64,000 nucleotides of DNA from Octopus vulgaris (Eukaryota): NCBI GenBank assembly GCA_951406725.2, contig OX597814.1, positions 12,028,001 through 12,092,000 on the forward strand. The letters are read 5' to 3'. Under the pieces are notes generated by a model. The model did not search any database. It had not been told where the DNA came from and saw nothing but the letters and a program-made list of their open reading frames with translations. This document shows, piece after piece, positions 50,711-64,000 of this stretch (the first letter of the stretch is position 1; each line of letters begins with the position of its first letter). The translations under genes were made by a program, and so were the position numbers.

Positions 50711-53700
50711 GAGGCAGATAATATCAAAGTTGAAAGAGAGCACCTCAAAAAGCAACCCTGACTGATGACAAAGGATACATACTCAGAAATGTTCCACAAC
50801 TTTACTTTAACAAGTCATTAGGTAAAAAGCTGTATGCATGTTAGTGGAAGATCGTGTATAGCAATGTTGCCAGAAAGCCTCAAAGTAAGACAACACAGAT
50901 AAGCAAAGTAGTGTAACATGGATCGGCAACTGAAATATTAGCTTACGCATTGAAGGGTATGCTTTTGCTATACAGGAGCTAGAAACAACATCAAAATACC
51001 TGATGTACAAAAGGAATAGGGATGCAGGTAAATAACCTAGATGTGGCAACCTAGATGCGGTGGCTGTGAAAATAATACTGACGATGTCGCCCACTCCCCC
51101 AGCGTTTAGTAGCTAAACGAAAATATTATTCCAGCAATTATTTGCTTATGAGCGATGATGTTGTGGCCAAAATATTATACAATGAAATCTGCAGCAATGA
51201 TATTCCTGGGTAAATAAATATAGGAAATAATAACGCGGTGGAAGGCATATTCACTTATTAAAGAACAGTTCTGGAATGTTCCAGTCAAGACAGGTATAGC
51301 AGATAAGTAAGTATAACACACCATGGAAGCACTCCGTCGGTTACGACGACGAGGGTTCCGGTTGATCCGAATCAACGGAACATCCTGCTCGTGAAATTAA
51401 CGTGTAAGTGACTGAGCACTCCACAGACATGTGTACCCTTAACGTAGTTCTCGGGGATATTCAGCGTGACGCAGAGAGTGACAAGGCCGGCCCTTTGAAA
51501 TACAGGTACAACAGAAACAGGAAGTAAGAGTGAGAGAAAGTTGTGGTGAAAGAGTACAGCAGGGATCACCACCATCCCCTGCCGGAGCCTCGTGGAGCTT
51601 TTAGGTGTTTTCGCTCAATAAACACTCACAACGCCCGGTCTGGGAATCGAAACCGCGATCCTATGACCGCGAGTCCGCTGCCCTAACCACTGGGCCATTG
51701 CGCATCGACATAACACACCAAATGACCCAGAGAAAGAAATTGTGTACAATAAAGGAAATAAGTTCATTGTTAGATATTGTCATCATGCTAAAGGTTAGAC
51801 GAAAATACACACCAATGTCAAACTAAAGAGGAATCGTCTGGTAATCCACTATAGGTTTAGATTCATACCTGTAATTATTGGAGCACTTGACTCTGTAAAA
51901 TGTTGAGATGGGTTTCTAAAAAAAGAAAGAATTTAGAAATTCCGCGCCCTACGCTCTGATGAGCGTCAGGTAAAGGATCTCATCACAGACTGATGAGACC
52001 TATTACTCGTACCGTGTAAACCTGTACTAATTGTTCCATGGTCGAGTTGTCGGCAAATAAACCCATACTCGAGTAGCTTGTGAGGAGTGTGTCTGGACAC
52101 CCATCAAAACTAAAGTAAGATCTGTTGAAGGACAGATGAAACCCCTGTGGGCGGCCAACCAGTTGGGGGAAGGCAATGGCAAATTAACCGAATATCACTG
52201 CCACGAAAGCACTATGAGAAAGTGACAACGAAGGAACGCTGCGGCTTCATCCGACTGGAAAGCTCATGCCTAATCGGAAAGACGTTCGGTGTAGTGTCAT
52301 CAACACGCTGCAAAAAGCGTACGATACCTGATATGACAGTGATAACATTATTCATAACACAGCTCTGTGTATTTACGCAAACACTCTATATCAAGAGAAT
52401 TTCTCTTCCGAGTGAGGGTCCTTCTAAGTTTGAGTGAATATACTCTTTACTCTTTATTCTTTTACTTGTTTCAGTCATTTGACTGCGGCCATGCTGGAAC
52501 ACCGCCTTTAATCGAGCAACTCGACTCCAGGACTTATTCTTTTGTAAGCTCAGTACTTATTCTATCGGTCTCCTTTTGCCGAACCGCTAAGTAACGAGGA
52601 CATAAACACACCAGCATCGGTTGTCAAGCAATGCTAGGGGGACAAACACAGACACACAAACACACACACGCACACACATATATACACATATACGACGGGC
52701 TTCTTATGACTGCGGCCATGCTGGAGTACCGCCTTTAATCGAGCAACTCGACCCCGGGACTTATTCTTTTGTAAGCCTAGTACTTATTCTATCGGTCTCT
52801 TTTGCCGAACCGCTAAGTAACGGGGACATAAACACACCAGCATCGGTTGTCAAGCAATGCTAGGACGACAAACACTGACACACAAACACAGACACACAAA
52901 CACACACACATATATACACATATACGACGGGCTTCTTTCATTTTCCGTCTACCAAATCCACTCACAAGGCTTTGGTCGGCCCGAGGCTATAGTAGAAGAT
53001 ACTTGCCCAAGGTGTCACGCAGTGGGACTGAACCCGGAACCATGTGGTTGGTAAACAAGCTACTTACCACACAGCCACTCCTGCGCCTATGAACGTGTTA
53101 AAAATAAATGTACAATATAATATATGGTATTGGATTACTAATTCAGGTCAAATCTATTCATAATCATCGTGTTTTGTAATATACATATATACATGCATAC
53201 GTACACACCTACATATGATTTTACTCTTAAGGTTAAGATGACCATTCATATCAAAAGGACACAACATTTGAATATAGAGTTGGGTATTTTATTGATATAA
53301 AAGATTTATATTATATAGAGTAACAAACGAAAGAAGCATTCAAGTACATTTACAGTGATTTTATATTTCTAATAAGAGGTTTACTCAGCTCCACATTTTG
53401 CACTCACGAAACTTCAAGTTTGCAGAACACACCAGATCATCAAATGTTCTGAATCAGAGTGGAATAAAATTGAAAAGAAATTTAAAATGGATTCTAGAAA
53501 AGAGAGTATTTAGGTCTCCATTGATCAGTTCAAGTCATTTGGATATTTTAACTATCTGAACGACATCCTTTCTTTCATTATTACCATTACGTGGGAGCGC
53601 AGACAAGATGCTGATGTCAGTTTGTTAGTTTGTTAGTATGCTGTAGGTGCAACATTTTAGCGACATCAGTTCTTTCAGTACATGTTTCACCTGTCGGGTA

Positions 53701-54815
53701 GCTGGTATTCTGTAGGGCGTGATACACCAGCGACAACAGTTACAATGTAGAAAGGTAACTAGTTTGGCATACATTAATCGTCTATTTAACACATACTCTA
53801 ACAGATATGTTAATGGAGCTTCGAACACGTTTCGAAAAAGACACTTTTTGTATGTCTATGTGCTTCACAATTTGCATAGTTATCTGTGAACAGATGTTTC
53901 TTATAGTTTAAAGTCAGGTGGTAATAAATAGACTGTGCCAGGGCGCGTGGCCTAGCGTTTAGGGTGTTGCACTCACCATCGTAAGATCATGGTTTCGATT
54001 CTCAGACCAGTCGGTGCGTTTTTCTTTAGAAAAACACTTCATTTCACGTTGCTCTGTGATCACTTTGACGTCTGGCGTATGGCATACCGTGCCTGTACAG
54101 GTAATGTCGATTTGATGGAGTGAGTGAGTTAAAAAGTTACAACACATAAATTGTGATCATTATAAACAAATCATTCTGCACAAATTCTTCTGCTCAAAGA
54201 AGTTGCAGGAACCTCATCTATCGTTTACGACTGATGCAGTTGCAGTTTACCTTAAAACAATTGCAATTTGATGACTTGCAGGAAAATATGGATGGAAAGA
54301 AATTTCGCGACGTTGAACATCTATGGAAGAAAGACCGAGTTTAATTGTCAGAGCCATTTCCATTCAATAATCTGTGTTGGGAGTGGGATACAGATTATTG
54401 AATATAAATGAAGTCACGAGAAAAAAAAAATCACAAAAATGCAAAAGTAAAAAATGCCATATTTGTTTTAAATATCAAGTAATTAAACAAAGAATTACTT
54501 TATGTTGCTTATTAACTGATTAATGTACAACTTGTACACAATGACAATGCAATAAGCGCATTATGTCAATATGCTTATGTGTAACAATACAAAATATCGA
54601 GTTTCTGTCAATATCTTAAACTAAACATTGAAATAATTACAAAATCCAACTATTGAATCAATAATAGAAGTATTCCTCTTAGTTTTTCCTGGATAAAGAC
54701 AGATGAGGTAACTAGGGCAAGAGAAGCGTATGTTTGTTAGTTGAATGTGGTTAAAGCGGTATTTATTTAGACAACCCTGCTGAGTATAGACCTTTATGGT
54801 ATCAATAAAGGAGAA

Positions 54816-55417
54816 GGCGGCGAGCTGGCAGAAACGTTAGCGCGCCGGGCGAAATGCTTTGCGGTATTTCGTCTGCCGTAACGTTCTGAATTCAAATTCC
54901 GCCGAGGTCGACTTTGCCTTTCATCCTTTCGGGGTCGATAAATTAAGTACCAGTTACGCACTGGGGTTGATATAATCGACTTAATACCTATGTCTGTCCT
55001 TGTCTGTCCTCTCTGTGTTTAGCCCCTTGTGGGTAGTAAAGAAATACGTATTTCGTCTGTCTTTACGTTCTGAGTTAAAATTCCGCCGAGGTCGACTTTG
55101 CCTTTCATCCTTTCGGGATTGATTAAATAAGTACCAGTTACGCACTGGGGTCGATATAATCGACTTAATCCATCTGTCTGTCCTTCTCTGTCCTCTCTGT
55201 ATTTAGCCCCTTGTGGGTAGTAAAGAAATAGGTATTTCGTCTGTCTTTACGTCTGAGTTCAAATTCCGCCGAGGTCGACTTTGCCTTTCATCCTTTCGGG
55301 GTCGATTAAATAAGTACCAGTTACGCACCGGGTCGATATAATCAACTTAATCCGTCTGTCTGTCCTTGTTTGTCCTCTCTGTGTTTAGCCCCTTGTGGGT
55401 AGTAAAGAAATAGGTAT
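54816..55417 (+). mobile_element. SINE family A tandem trimer, period about 184 bp
   Basis: Single head; GTATTTCGTCTG restarts at 54864, 55048 and 55232; ends with GGTAT at 55413-55417. Confidence 0.92.
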
Positions 55418-55810
55418 GATTAAAAGATTCAGAAAAGGGAGACAACGTGTCTGAGGGAGAGTAGTGGGAAATCGTCAATGGATATGGGTCCTTAGCAATC
55501 TGCCAATGGATTTATTTCGGCTACTGTCAAGGATGTTTGCTCCATTAGCAGTAACGACCTGCATGACATAGACTGACTTCCTATGTCCCAGCAAAGCATG
55601 TACAGCAGAAAGGGGGGAAAATAATGTTCTCTTTATGTGCCGTTTGTATTGTGAAGCATTTTATTTGTAAACGTGGAAAAAAAAAAAAAAAACCATTACC
55701 AAAACGATAAAAATGAGAAGGAAAAGTGCTAGAAAAATAATATACAATCATAAAAAAAAATAGAGCTAATGAGTTTCCAACAATATATACAACACGTCCT
55801 CATGTATGTA

Positions 55811-55869
<59 letters not shown>

Positions 55870-56104
55870 ACTCGTATGTGTAGTATCTTGAAGTGTTCTT
55901 GTTAAATATAGAAGTCAACTCGTTAGCGCTAGACAAGCACACTGTGACTGTAAAAGATCTTAACTTATTGTTTACTGAGAAATTGACGAAAATAACGTTA
56001 TTCTAATTTAATGTACGTGCTTATGTTTTTTTTTTTATCAAGTAAAGGAGATCCCCATATACGTATACGTACACACACGTAGGCATGCACATATAAAGTG
56101 TAAT

Positions 56105-56139
<35 letters not shown>

Positions 56140-56204
56140 ATGTGTGTGTGTATGTGCACATTGTGTGATTATTTATCAGCTCTATTGTCTGATTTTATAC
56201 GCTC

Positions 56205-56244
<40 letters not shown>

Positions 56245-56476
56245 TGTGAATTTATACGCTCACAGACACACACACACAGAGCGTGTCTATATATATGTGT
56301 GTGTGTGTGCATATACAAGTGTTTGTGTATATATATATATATATATATATATTAGCACATTGTGTGAATTTATATGCTCACACACACACAGAGGTGTGTG
56401 TGTCTGTGTGTTTATATAGATATATGAGTGTGTGCATATATATACATATATATTGCATAAATATACACGCGGTTAC

Positions 56477-56511
<35 letters not shown>

Positions 56512-56662
56512 CATAATTACATATGCATAGCATATATAATTGTATTTATATATAGTATGAAAGTCAGCATTGTTATATAATAGCATAGATGTATATATAT
56601 GATTACGAGTGTACACAGTTGCTATACAATGAAGCTTTATGGCAGAAATTTGTGTGTATGTG

Positions 56663-56699
<37 letters not shown>

Positions 56700-56942
56700 C
56701 TGTATGTATATGCATATATGCATCAACACGTAATCTCATTAACAACACAGTGAATACAAAGACAATTGTATGCATGTATCTATGCCTGTGTTATGTATGT
56801 ATTTACACACACACACACACACACATACACACACAGATAAAAAAAAACTTACGTATGTCTGCTCAAACTGTGACTACGAGTAACTTTTAAGCGTTTCTCT
56901 CAAGTCTCGGAGCGTAGACATTTTAGAAAATTGCTTTGTTGT

Positions 56943-56989
<47 letters not shown>

Positions 56990-57375
56990 GTATCTTGTGT
57001 GTGTAAATAGACTTGCAAATTCTAATGTTGGATTTAGATTCCCACGTATATTATCATCGTTCATTCAGTTCCCAGTGTTGTTGTTAAGGTACTGTTATAC
57101 TAGTTAGTAATACTAGTTATAATAATATACAGCTCAAATGGAGGAGAAATTACGATCAACACAGATCTATATTATTTGTCCACATTTCATTATTGTGGTT
57201 GTTTGGAACTCTGTATTGGATGTTCCAGGTGTATCCAAGTACAGTTGGATGCTTAACCACAACGGATCATCAAGGAACACTTTATTTTATCATGTTACAG
57301 TGATCGTACGTACGAACAAACGATATAAACTTGTGTTTAACGTAATTTCTCATATATATATATATATTTTTTATA

Positions 57376-57728
57376 CGAGCAAAACGCCCCCCGTCCAGTG
57401 GACGGTGCTGAGTTGTCAAACATTTAAACCAAATTTTCTCAAAACAACTTGTTCGATCGTCCCATAGGCCTCCCCTTTGAGAAACACTGATTTAACCTAA
57501 ATTTGAGATACCAGCAAAAGAAGAAATAAAGATAGACATTTTTTCTATTCCAAAGAATGCTTTATCGATCGCATTGTCAACTGGAATCGATTTTCGTAAT
57601 TTTTTCAAGACTTATACACGCCCAGAAATCGTCGGTATCTACATATCAAATTTGAGCGCAATCGGTGGGGGATGCACGAGATCCAAGAACACACACACAG
57701 ACAGACAGAACGGATTTTATATAATAGA
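57376..57728 (-). mobile_element. Non-autonomous Helitron-like element
   Basis: A|TC start, hairpin CCGTCCA-C-TGGACGG, CTCG|T end; paralog of 9097-9345. Confidence 0.72.
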
Positions 57729-58482
57729 TTTAAAATTTTTTATAAAAATCCAACAAAGAGAAAATTTAACAGAAACACAACAAACAGAAAATTCGTAGCT
57801 AATTTCTCATCAGTCGACTTCCAAAAGATCCTTACAATTTCGAGCGTGCACATATACATGTAAGTGTATATAATATATTTTCCTCAGTCAATCTATCTGT
57901 ATGTATGTTAGGGAAGGCAATGAATACAAAAAAAGAGGGACAACACAAGAGGGACAAGTTTTATTATTAAAAGTTGTATTAGTTTAACTCTTAAAAAGAA
58001 GAAAAAGCGTGTTGATATTCGGACGCGAATTCTCCATCTAAAGAAAGACAGAGAATATAAAGAAAGACAGAGAATATAAAGAAAGGAAAAGGGTGAATGA
58101 GAAAATGTCGTTAGAGAAAAAAAATGAGATGACTGGGAAAAAAGGGGGTTGAAAAGGGAGAAAATGTTGGGAGAAGAAGGCTGAGCATATAGGAGTGTAT
58201 GTGTTTATTGAGATAGGCATAGGGGGACATGTGTGGATGTAGTGTTACTGAGATGAGTGTAGAGATTGTAGAGCTTACATATATTTATATATTTGGAAAT
58301 AATGAAACTATAAAGCATGTTTCAAAAATGTATGATAGTTTCAAGTATTTCTCACTTCACAAATCCTAAAAATTTATTTATGTTTCTTATTCATACTAAC
58401 GAACTTGATGTTTCATTTTGTTGAATTGGATGTCGGATTTTATTTCTGACTGCTACTGTCGTAAGTCTTATATTCAAATATA

Positions 58483-58900
58483 TATTTCTTTACTACCCGC
58501 AAGGGGCTAAAAATAGAGGGGACAAACAAGGACAGACAAAGGGATTAAGTCGATTACATCGACCCCAGTGCGAAACTAGTACTTTAGTTATCGACCCCCC
58601 GAAAGGATGAAAGGCAAAGTCGACCTCGGTGGAATTTGAACTCAGAACGTAACGACAGACGAAATACCTATTTCTTTACTACCCACAAGGGGCTAAACAC
58701 AGAGAGGACAAACAAGGACAGACTAAACGGATTAAGTCGATTATATCGACCCCAGTGCGAAACTAGTACTTATTTATCGACCCTGAAGGGATGAAAGGCA
58801 AAGTCGACCTCGGCGGAATTGAACTCAGAACGTAACGGCAGACGAAATACGGCTACGCATTTCGCCCGGTGCGCTAACGTTTCTGCCAGCTCGCCGCCTT
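58483..58900 (-). mobile_element. SINE family A dimer with a 22-bp TSD
   Basis: GTAAGTCTTATATTCAAATATA at 58461-58482 and 58901-58922; internal junction near 58660-58680. Confidence 0.92.
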
Positions 58901-59016
58901 GTAAGTCTTATATTCAAATATAGGCACAATAGACAGTATAACGAACCAGTGAAAGAAGTGCAGTTCTATATTATAAGTTGAACTCCGAGTATTAGCAGTT
59001 AAATCTCCTTTAATCT

Positions 59017-59262
59017 CAGCAGACGAAATACCTATTTCTTTATTACCTACAAGGGGCTAAACATAGAGGTGACAAACAAGGACAGACATAGGTATTAAGT
59101 CGATTACATCGACCCCAGTGCGTAACTGGTACTTAATTTATCGAACCCGAAAGGATGAAAGGCAAAGTCGACCTCGACGGAATTTGAAGTCACAACGTAA
59201 CACAGACGAAATACGGCTAAGCATTTCGCCCGGCGTGCTAACGCATCTGCCAGCTCGCCGCC
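59017..59262 (-). mobile_element. SINE family A monomer plus the first ~14 nt of a second unit
   Basis: Minus strand ends AAAGAAATA-GGTATTTCGTCTGC. Confidence 0.88.
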
Positions 59263-59699
59263 TTACATTATTTAAACTATACCGACACCATATGCTTCAC
59301 TTCCATAAAACATGCATTCGTAACATGCAGATTAGACCATATTTACATCCTCCTACCATTGTCCAATCGCTATTGTACAATTACCCTTACACTATAAGAA
59401 ATCACCAAGAAACCTGTCTCCGTGGCAATGACTTTGGTAAGTAGCACTTACCAAATTTACTGTGCCCTCCTTCTTACCAGCGTCCCCAGACAACATCAAA
59501 TGCAACAATAGACTTAAAGTGCACTTACCAAAATTACTAGTCTTCTTTCTCCACCAGAACGCCAGACAATGTCAAGCGTAGCTAATCATCGTACTCAACA
59601 ATATAGACAAACCATACTCAGAAAAGACAATAATACTTAAGAGTTACTTATGACATTTACACAGAAGACAGCAAAGAAAGTATGGTAGACAACGCCTTA

Positions 59700-60060
59700 C
59701 TTTACTTGTACTTGTGAGGGCGTTCACCCAGGGCGGGTTGAGCCGGCTTCTTTTCTGGTCCTGACGGCATAGTAGGATTCATAGAAGTTTCGTGGGAATA
59801 TTGAATTCACAAGCGGTGTCTCCGACATCCCGCATGCATATCCCGAGTGACGGGAAGCCCTGTTTGCTGCAGAGTCTCCGCAGACGCAGGGCCAGAACGA
59901 CCACGAAGCCGCCGGTTGCCGATCAGATGCATCTTGGAATTTGGCCCTAATACCGCTCGGTGCCAGACCAATCCGCCTTGGGTGGCTCTACCAGGAACCA
60001 ATGTTCCCGACGGCATAGCTCTGACACTGCCCGTTTACACCACCCTACAGCTTTGAGGAG
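59700..60060 (-). mobile_element. RTE-LINE 5'-UTR-like segment
   Basis: Minus strand GAGCTATGCCGTCGGGAACATTGGTTCCTGGTAGAGCCACCCAAGGCGGA resembles the conserved RTE/BovB/Expander 5' motif GAGCYATGCC...TAGGGCCACCCA (from memory); GC-rich island. Confidence 0.6.
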
Positions 60061-60832
60061 GGGTTGGACTTTAGGGTTGTAGATAACGTCAGTCCTATCT
60101 GGCACTCATTCTTCCTACAACAACACAATACTCTCTAAAGAACGCTGGGCTTGTTAAAACTAGCAGTCAAATTTCACTCTAATCATATCCCATCATTTGA
60201 AATAAAGAACTTTTTATATTAAGTAATATAGTCATCGGTATCCCAGAAACGGTATGGTCAAGGTTGGAATGTCTTTCATCATAGGTCTGTTAGATGAGGG
60301 CTGACCAAGCAATTGTCAAAAAACATCAGTGAAAACAAAACAAAAACAATGAACAGAGAAAAATGAACGTAAAACTGCACTAATTGTCATTAATTGTACA
60401 GTGTACATTCACAGGCTAACTAAAACAATGCAACGCCCCTCCTCTCAAACAAACCCAAACCAGCAGGATATGGGGTGGGGGTACAGATTGTTATCGCAGC
60501 AAGCTTCAACCAACCTTAGAAGCCATTGTTACTATACGAAAACTCACCTACATCGAAAATCTTTTATATACAACAAATATGCAAGAACTCTACAATAACA
60601 TCTTATACTCTTTACTCTTCTACTTGTTTCAGTCATTTGACTGCGGCCATGCTGGAGCACCGCCTTTAGTCGAGCACATCGACCCCAGGACTTATTCTTT
60701 GTAAGTCTAGTACTTATTCTATTGGTCTCTTTTGTCGAACCGCTAAGTTACGGGGACGTAAACACACCAGCATCGGTGTTGTCAAGCGATGTTGGGGGGA
60801 CAAACACAGACATACACACACACACAGACACA

Positions 60833-60886
<54 letters not shown>

Positions 60887-61953
60887 CATATATATGACGG
60901 GCTTCTTTCAGTTTCCGTCTACCAAATCCACTCACAAGCTTTGGTCGGCCCGAGGCTATAGTAGAAGACACTTGCCCAGGGTGCCACGCAGTGGGACTGA
61001 ACCCGGAACCATGTCGTTGGTAAGCAAGATACTTACCACACACCCAACACTATCTCACTTGATTTTGACAAGCATAAAGAGGACATACACAGAAATAGCT
61101 TTGACATCAAGAACATCGCTGACTCCAGACATTGTGCTGGATACATACTGTCAACAAAAAGTGCAGAATAATATCCATTGTGACGCTCTGACCGGGGCCA
61201 TCACCAGAATTTACATGTGTACAGAAACAGGTTGGGTAATGGAGGGAGTACAACATGGGCATGTGGGATTGTGCAGTATGGTCCTCGACGGAGAAGATGG
61301 ATCTGTGGATCGCACCTCGTCGTTTGGCCGACTCCCAGGGCCCCATAGGGCTCCTCGATCACTGGCGACCTCGGACTACAGAACAGAATACACCCACATA
61401 CACCCACCATCGCATTTACTACAATTAATACTACTACTACGATGACCTCTGTAATCGCAGTACCGTAATGCGCCATCACCACCATCATCTCATATTAACC
61501 ACCCCTATATGAAGAGGGGGGGGGGTCATATCAACCACCCTTAGTACACATCCTCCACCCGAGCAAATCACCACTTCCCTACGACAACCTCTCCCCCACC
61601 TCCGCGTCACTTGCCCCTCCCCCCCATATTAACCGCCGCCGCCGCCGCTTACCACAACCATTATTACATATCCGTCCACGTCTTCCTCACCTCGTCCCAT
61701 ATCAACCACTACCGCCACCGCATATCAACCCTCAACCAAACACCCACCCACCCACCTCATCCACACCCACCCACACCACAACCACTACCACCGCCGCCGC
61801 CGCCGCTACCACCACGACCACTTCTCAATCACCACTATTATTAGTCTAGTTAATGAGAGATTGAACAGGAATTCAGGTTAGTAGTGGAGCTAAGCGGAAA
61901 TCAGTTACACTAAACTACATGTTGTGACACTGTTCTCGACGAAGTGAAGCGAA

Positions 61954-61954
<1 letters not shown>

Positions 61955-61984
<30 letters not shown>

Positions 61985-62271
61985 TGTATGTATGTATGTA
62001 TGTATGTATGTATGTATGTATGTATATATATGTGGGTGTTAGCGTATACACAACTGCGTAAGGATATATATATATATATATATGTATGTGTGTAGTGGGA
62101 GAGAGAAAGGGAGAGGGAATGTATAAATGTGAATGAAAACATGTGTATGTGTGTGCGTAGTATGTGTAGTATGTATATATATAAATATATATATATGTAT
62201 ATATACATACATATGTATATATATATTTATGTATATATATATGTATATATATATATGTATATATGTATATA

Positions 62272-62325
<54 letters not shown>

Positions 62326-62462
62326 CACACACACGCACATATATATATATATATACACATATACACATACAAATAAACGCTTACATATACATATATGTTC
62401 GCACTTGTACACATATATACATACGCACGCTCACACACACACACACACACACGTGCGTGTGC
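61955..62462. repeat. Compound (TATG)n/(TA)n/(CA)n microsatellite block; similar blocks at 55800-56990
   Basis: Direct inspection. Confidence 0.95.
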
Positions 62463-62862
62463 ACACAGCTATTGGTAGAGAGAGATTTCCTCACTACAGA
62501 AATTGCTTCAAGAAGCAATTCCCTAATTAACTCTACTTGAGATAAGTCAGACTACATAGTGTTTCCTCAAAGTGCTTGATAGGCGTGCGCGCACATACAC
62601 GTTCATTCATAAACGCATACGCAAATAAACGGGAGCATAAACAAACACGAGTACGTATACTCAAAATTAGAAAAATACTCATACGTGTGAATACATGTAG
62701 AATTCATTAATTAGGTAGGAGTTTTCCTGGTTTCAAAGCCTTGTTTTTTTTATGTAGGAGTGGGGAAAATGAGATTCTATGACGTTCATGCTTTCCTCAA
62801 TTTGTTGGTGCCGACGTAAAGGAAATCAAATGAATCCATCATATCTAGGAAGTTGTAATATA

Positions 62863-63003
62863 TTAGGTTGTCCCAAAAGTTCGTAAACACTTGCGAAAAT
62901 TGAATTTTTACTCGCCAAGTACTAACAAAAACAACAAAAATTATTCCTCAAAATAAAGACCATTATTTTCCAAGACTTTCTACGAACTTTTGGGACAACC
63001 TTA
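62863..63003. mobile_element. 141-bp mariner-type MITE
   Basis: TA|TTAGGTTGTCCCAAAAGTTCGTA ... TACGAACTTTTGGGACAACCTTA|TA. Confidence 0.88.
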
Positions 63004-64000
63004 TATTTTGTATATTTATTCTGTTTTCTCATTACTGTGATAAGAAGATGCCGACGAACGAGGACAAGTTGATAGAATTGTTGCGCAAGAATCGAAAGAG
63101 TCAGGGTTTCAAATCAGCCGATATTACCAATCAGTTTAGAAATACAACAGAGAACGGAGTTCAGTTGGGGAAATATTTTCTCAAAACTGCCCTTCAGAGC
63201 TGCTGAAGTACTGAGCTTACATTATGAGCCACATTTGTCTTCTGCGGGACAACAGCTTTCCGACAAAACTCCCCAAGTCTGCAAAACTCTGACAACGAAT
63301 GAAAGAGAGCAAAACGCTTTTTTCGCTACAAGCACTTCAGACAGGTCCAGCTGAGGGCACTTCGTTACCTGTAGACTTTATCAAGAATTGTCGATGCACT
63401 CCTATAGTACTTTCAGGCCAAGGATATCTGAAAGTTATCCATTGGCCTCGAGCGGGAGGTCATTCAGAACAGACTAGTCAGTTCGTTCTTGACAATGCCT
63501 GGATTTTCCGTGAGGACATCGTCACTCTCTGCCACCATTACTTTTCTCCAACACTACTATTCTGTAGAATGCCATCATAGAAGTTATACCAATCATTGTT
63601 CAACTGATAAAGGACTGTAAATGTTTGACAATTTTTAAAACGTCAGGTGTCCAGTCATAGTCTGCATCTGAATCAAGATAGCCGCTTCCTCGAAACAAGC
63701 TGAAGCAAAACGTGCATGAAAAAGGGCAAGCTTACCTGTTCACCGCCTGGGAATCTCTGCAGATACGATAACCTTAGTATAGACCCGTGCTGAGTGTGTG
63801 TTAAAACAACAAAACAAAACAAAACAGATGGGCAATCTGATCAGTGAAAAGCTTTTCCCCCATAAGAAGCAGAAGAATAGAACACCCCAATCCGCCAGAA
63901 GAAAACTGCAGCAAATTATGACAGTTAGGTGGTAATACATAACGGTCGTGGAGGCGCAATGGCCCAGTGGTTAGGGCAGCGGACTTGCGGTCATAGGATC

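Noticed and set aside
50807-50950. MRKLIFQLPIHVTLLCLSVLSYFEA signal-peptide-like ORF
   Set aside because: No credible phase-1 donor before the stop.
51951-52000. Two CTGATGAG words suggesting hammerheads
   Set aside because: Each is part of a simple hairpin, with no downstream GAAA or NUH.
54816-54905. tRNA gene calls for SINE heads
   Set aside because: A/B boxes are present but there is no complete cloverleaf; these are multi-copy SINE heads.
63240-63730. Possible LINE RT remnant (also 61060-61400)
   Set aside because: Only isolated short motifs such as FYDGI; insufficient by eye.

Overview
AT-rich, microsatellite- and SINE-dense animal genomic DNA; the SINE and repeat repertoire looks like octopus (coleoid cephalopod), which is an inference. 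The only clear protein-coding gene is a multi-exon ADAMTS-family metalloprotease on the minus strand. I traced 11 consecutive GT-AG, phase-consistent exons between 39929 and 1604 (1697 nt, about 565 codons). They encode the prodomain, a furin site (RRTRR), the M12B catalytic domain (HEIGHSFGLEHD plus Met-turn), the disintegrin-like domain and most of TSR1. The signal-peptide exon was not found and the 3' part probably lies left of position 1. The protein is divergent: acidic Ca2+ ligands appear replaced by Lys/Arg and TSR1 lacks the POFUT2 site. The rest is transposon-derived: three tRNA-like SINE families, RTE LINE pieces, decayed mariner, maT (DD37D) and Buster-type hAT transposases, MITEs and Helitron-like elements. 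The most unusual signals are (i) several type I hammerhead ribozymes in short elements embedded in (TA)n tracts, one with an intact core at 23331-23414; (ii) SINE concatemers with a fixed ~184-bp period and the same junction at independent loci; (iii) a 28S rRNA fragment sitting between RTE-like ends. Almost all listed ORFs over microsatellites are artefacts. Repeat boundaries are approximate unless a TSD or TIR is quoted.
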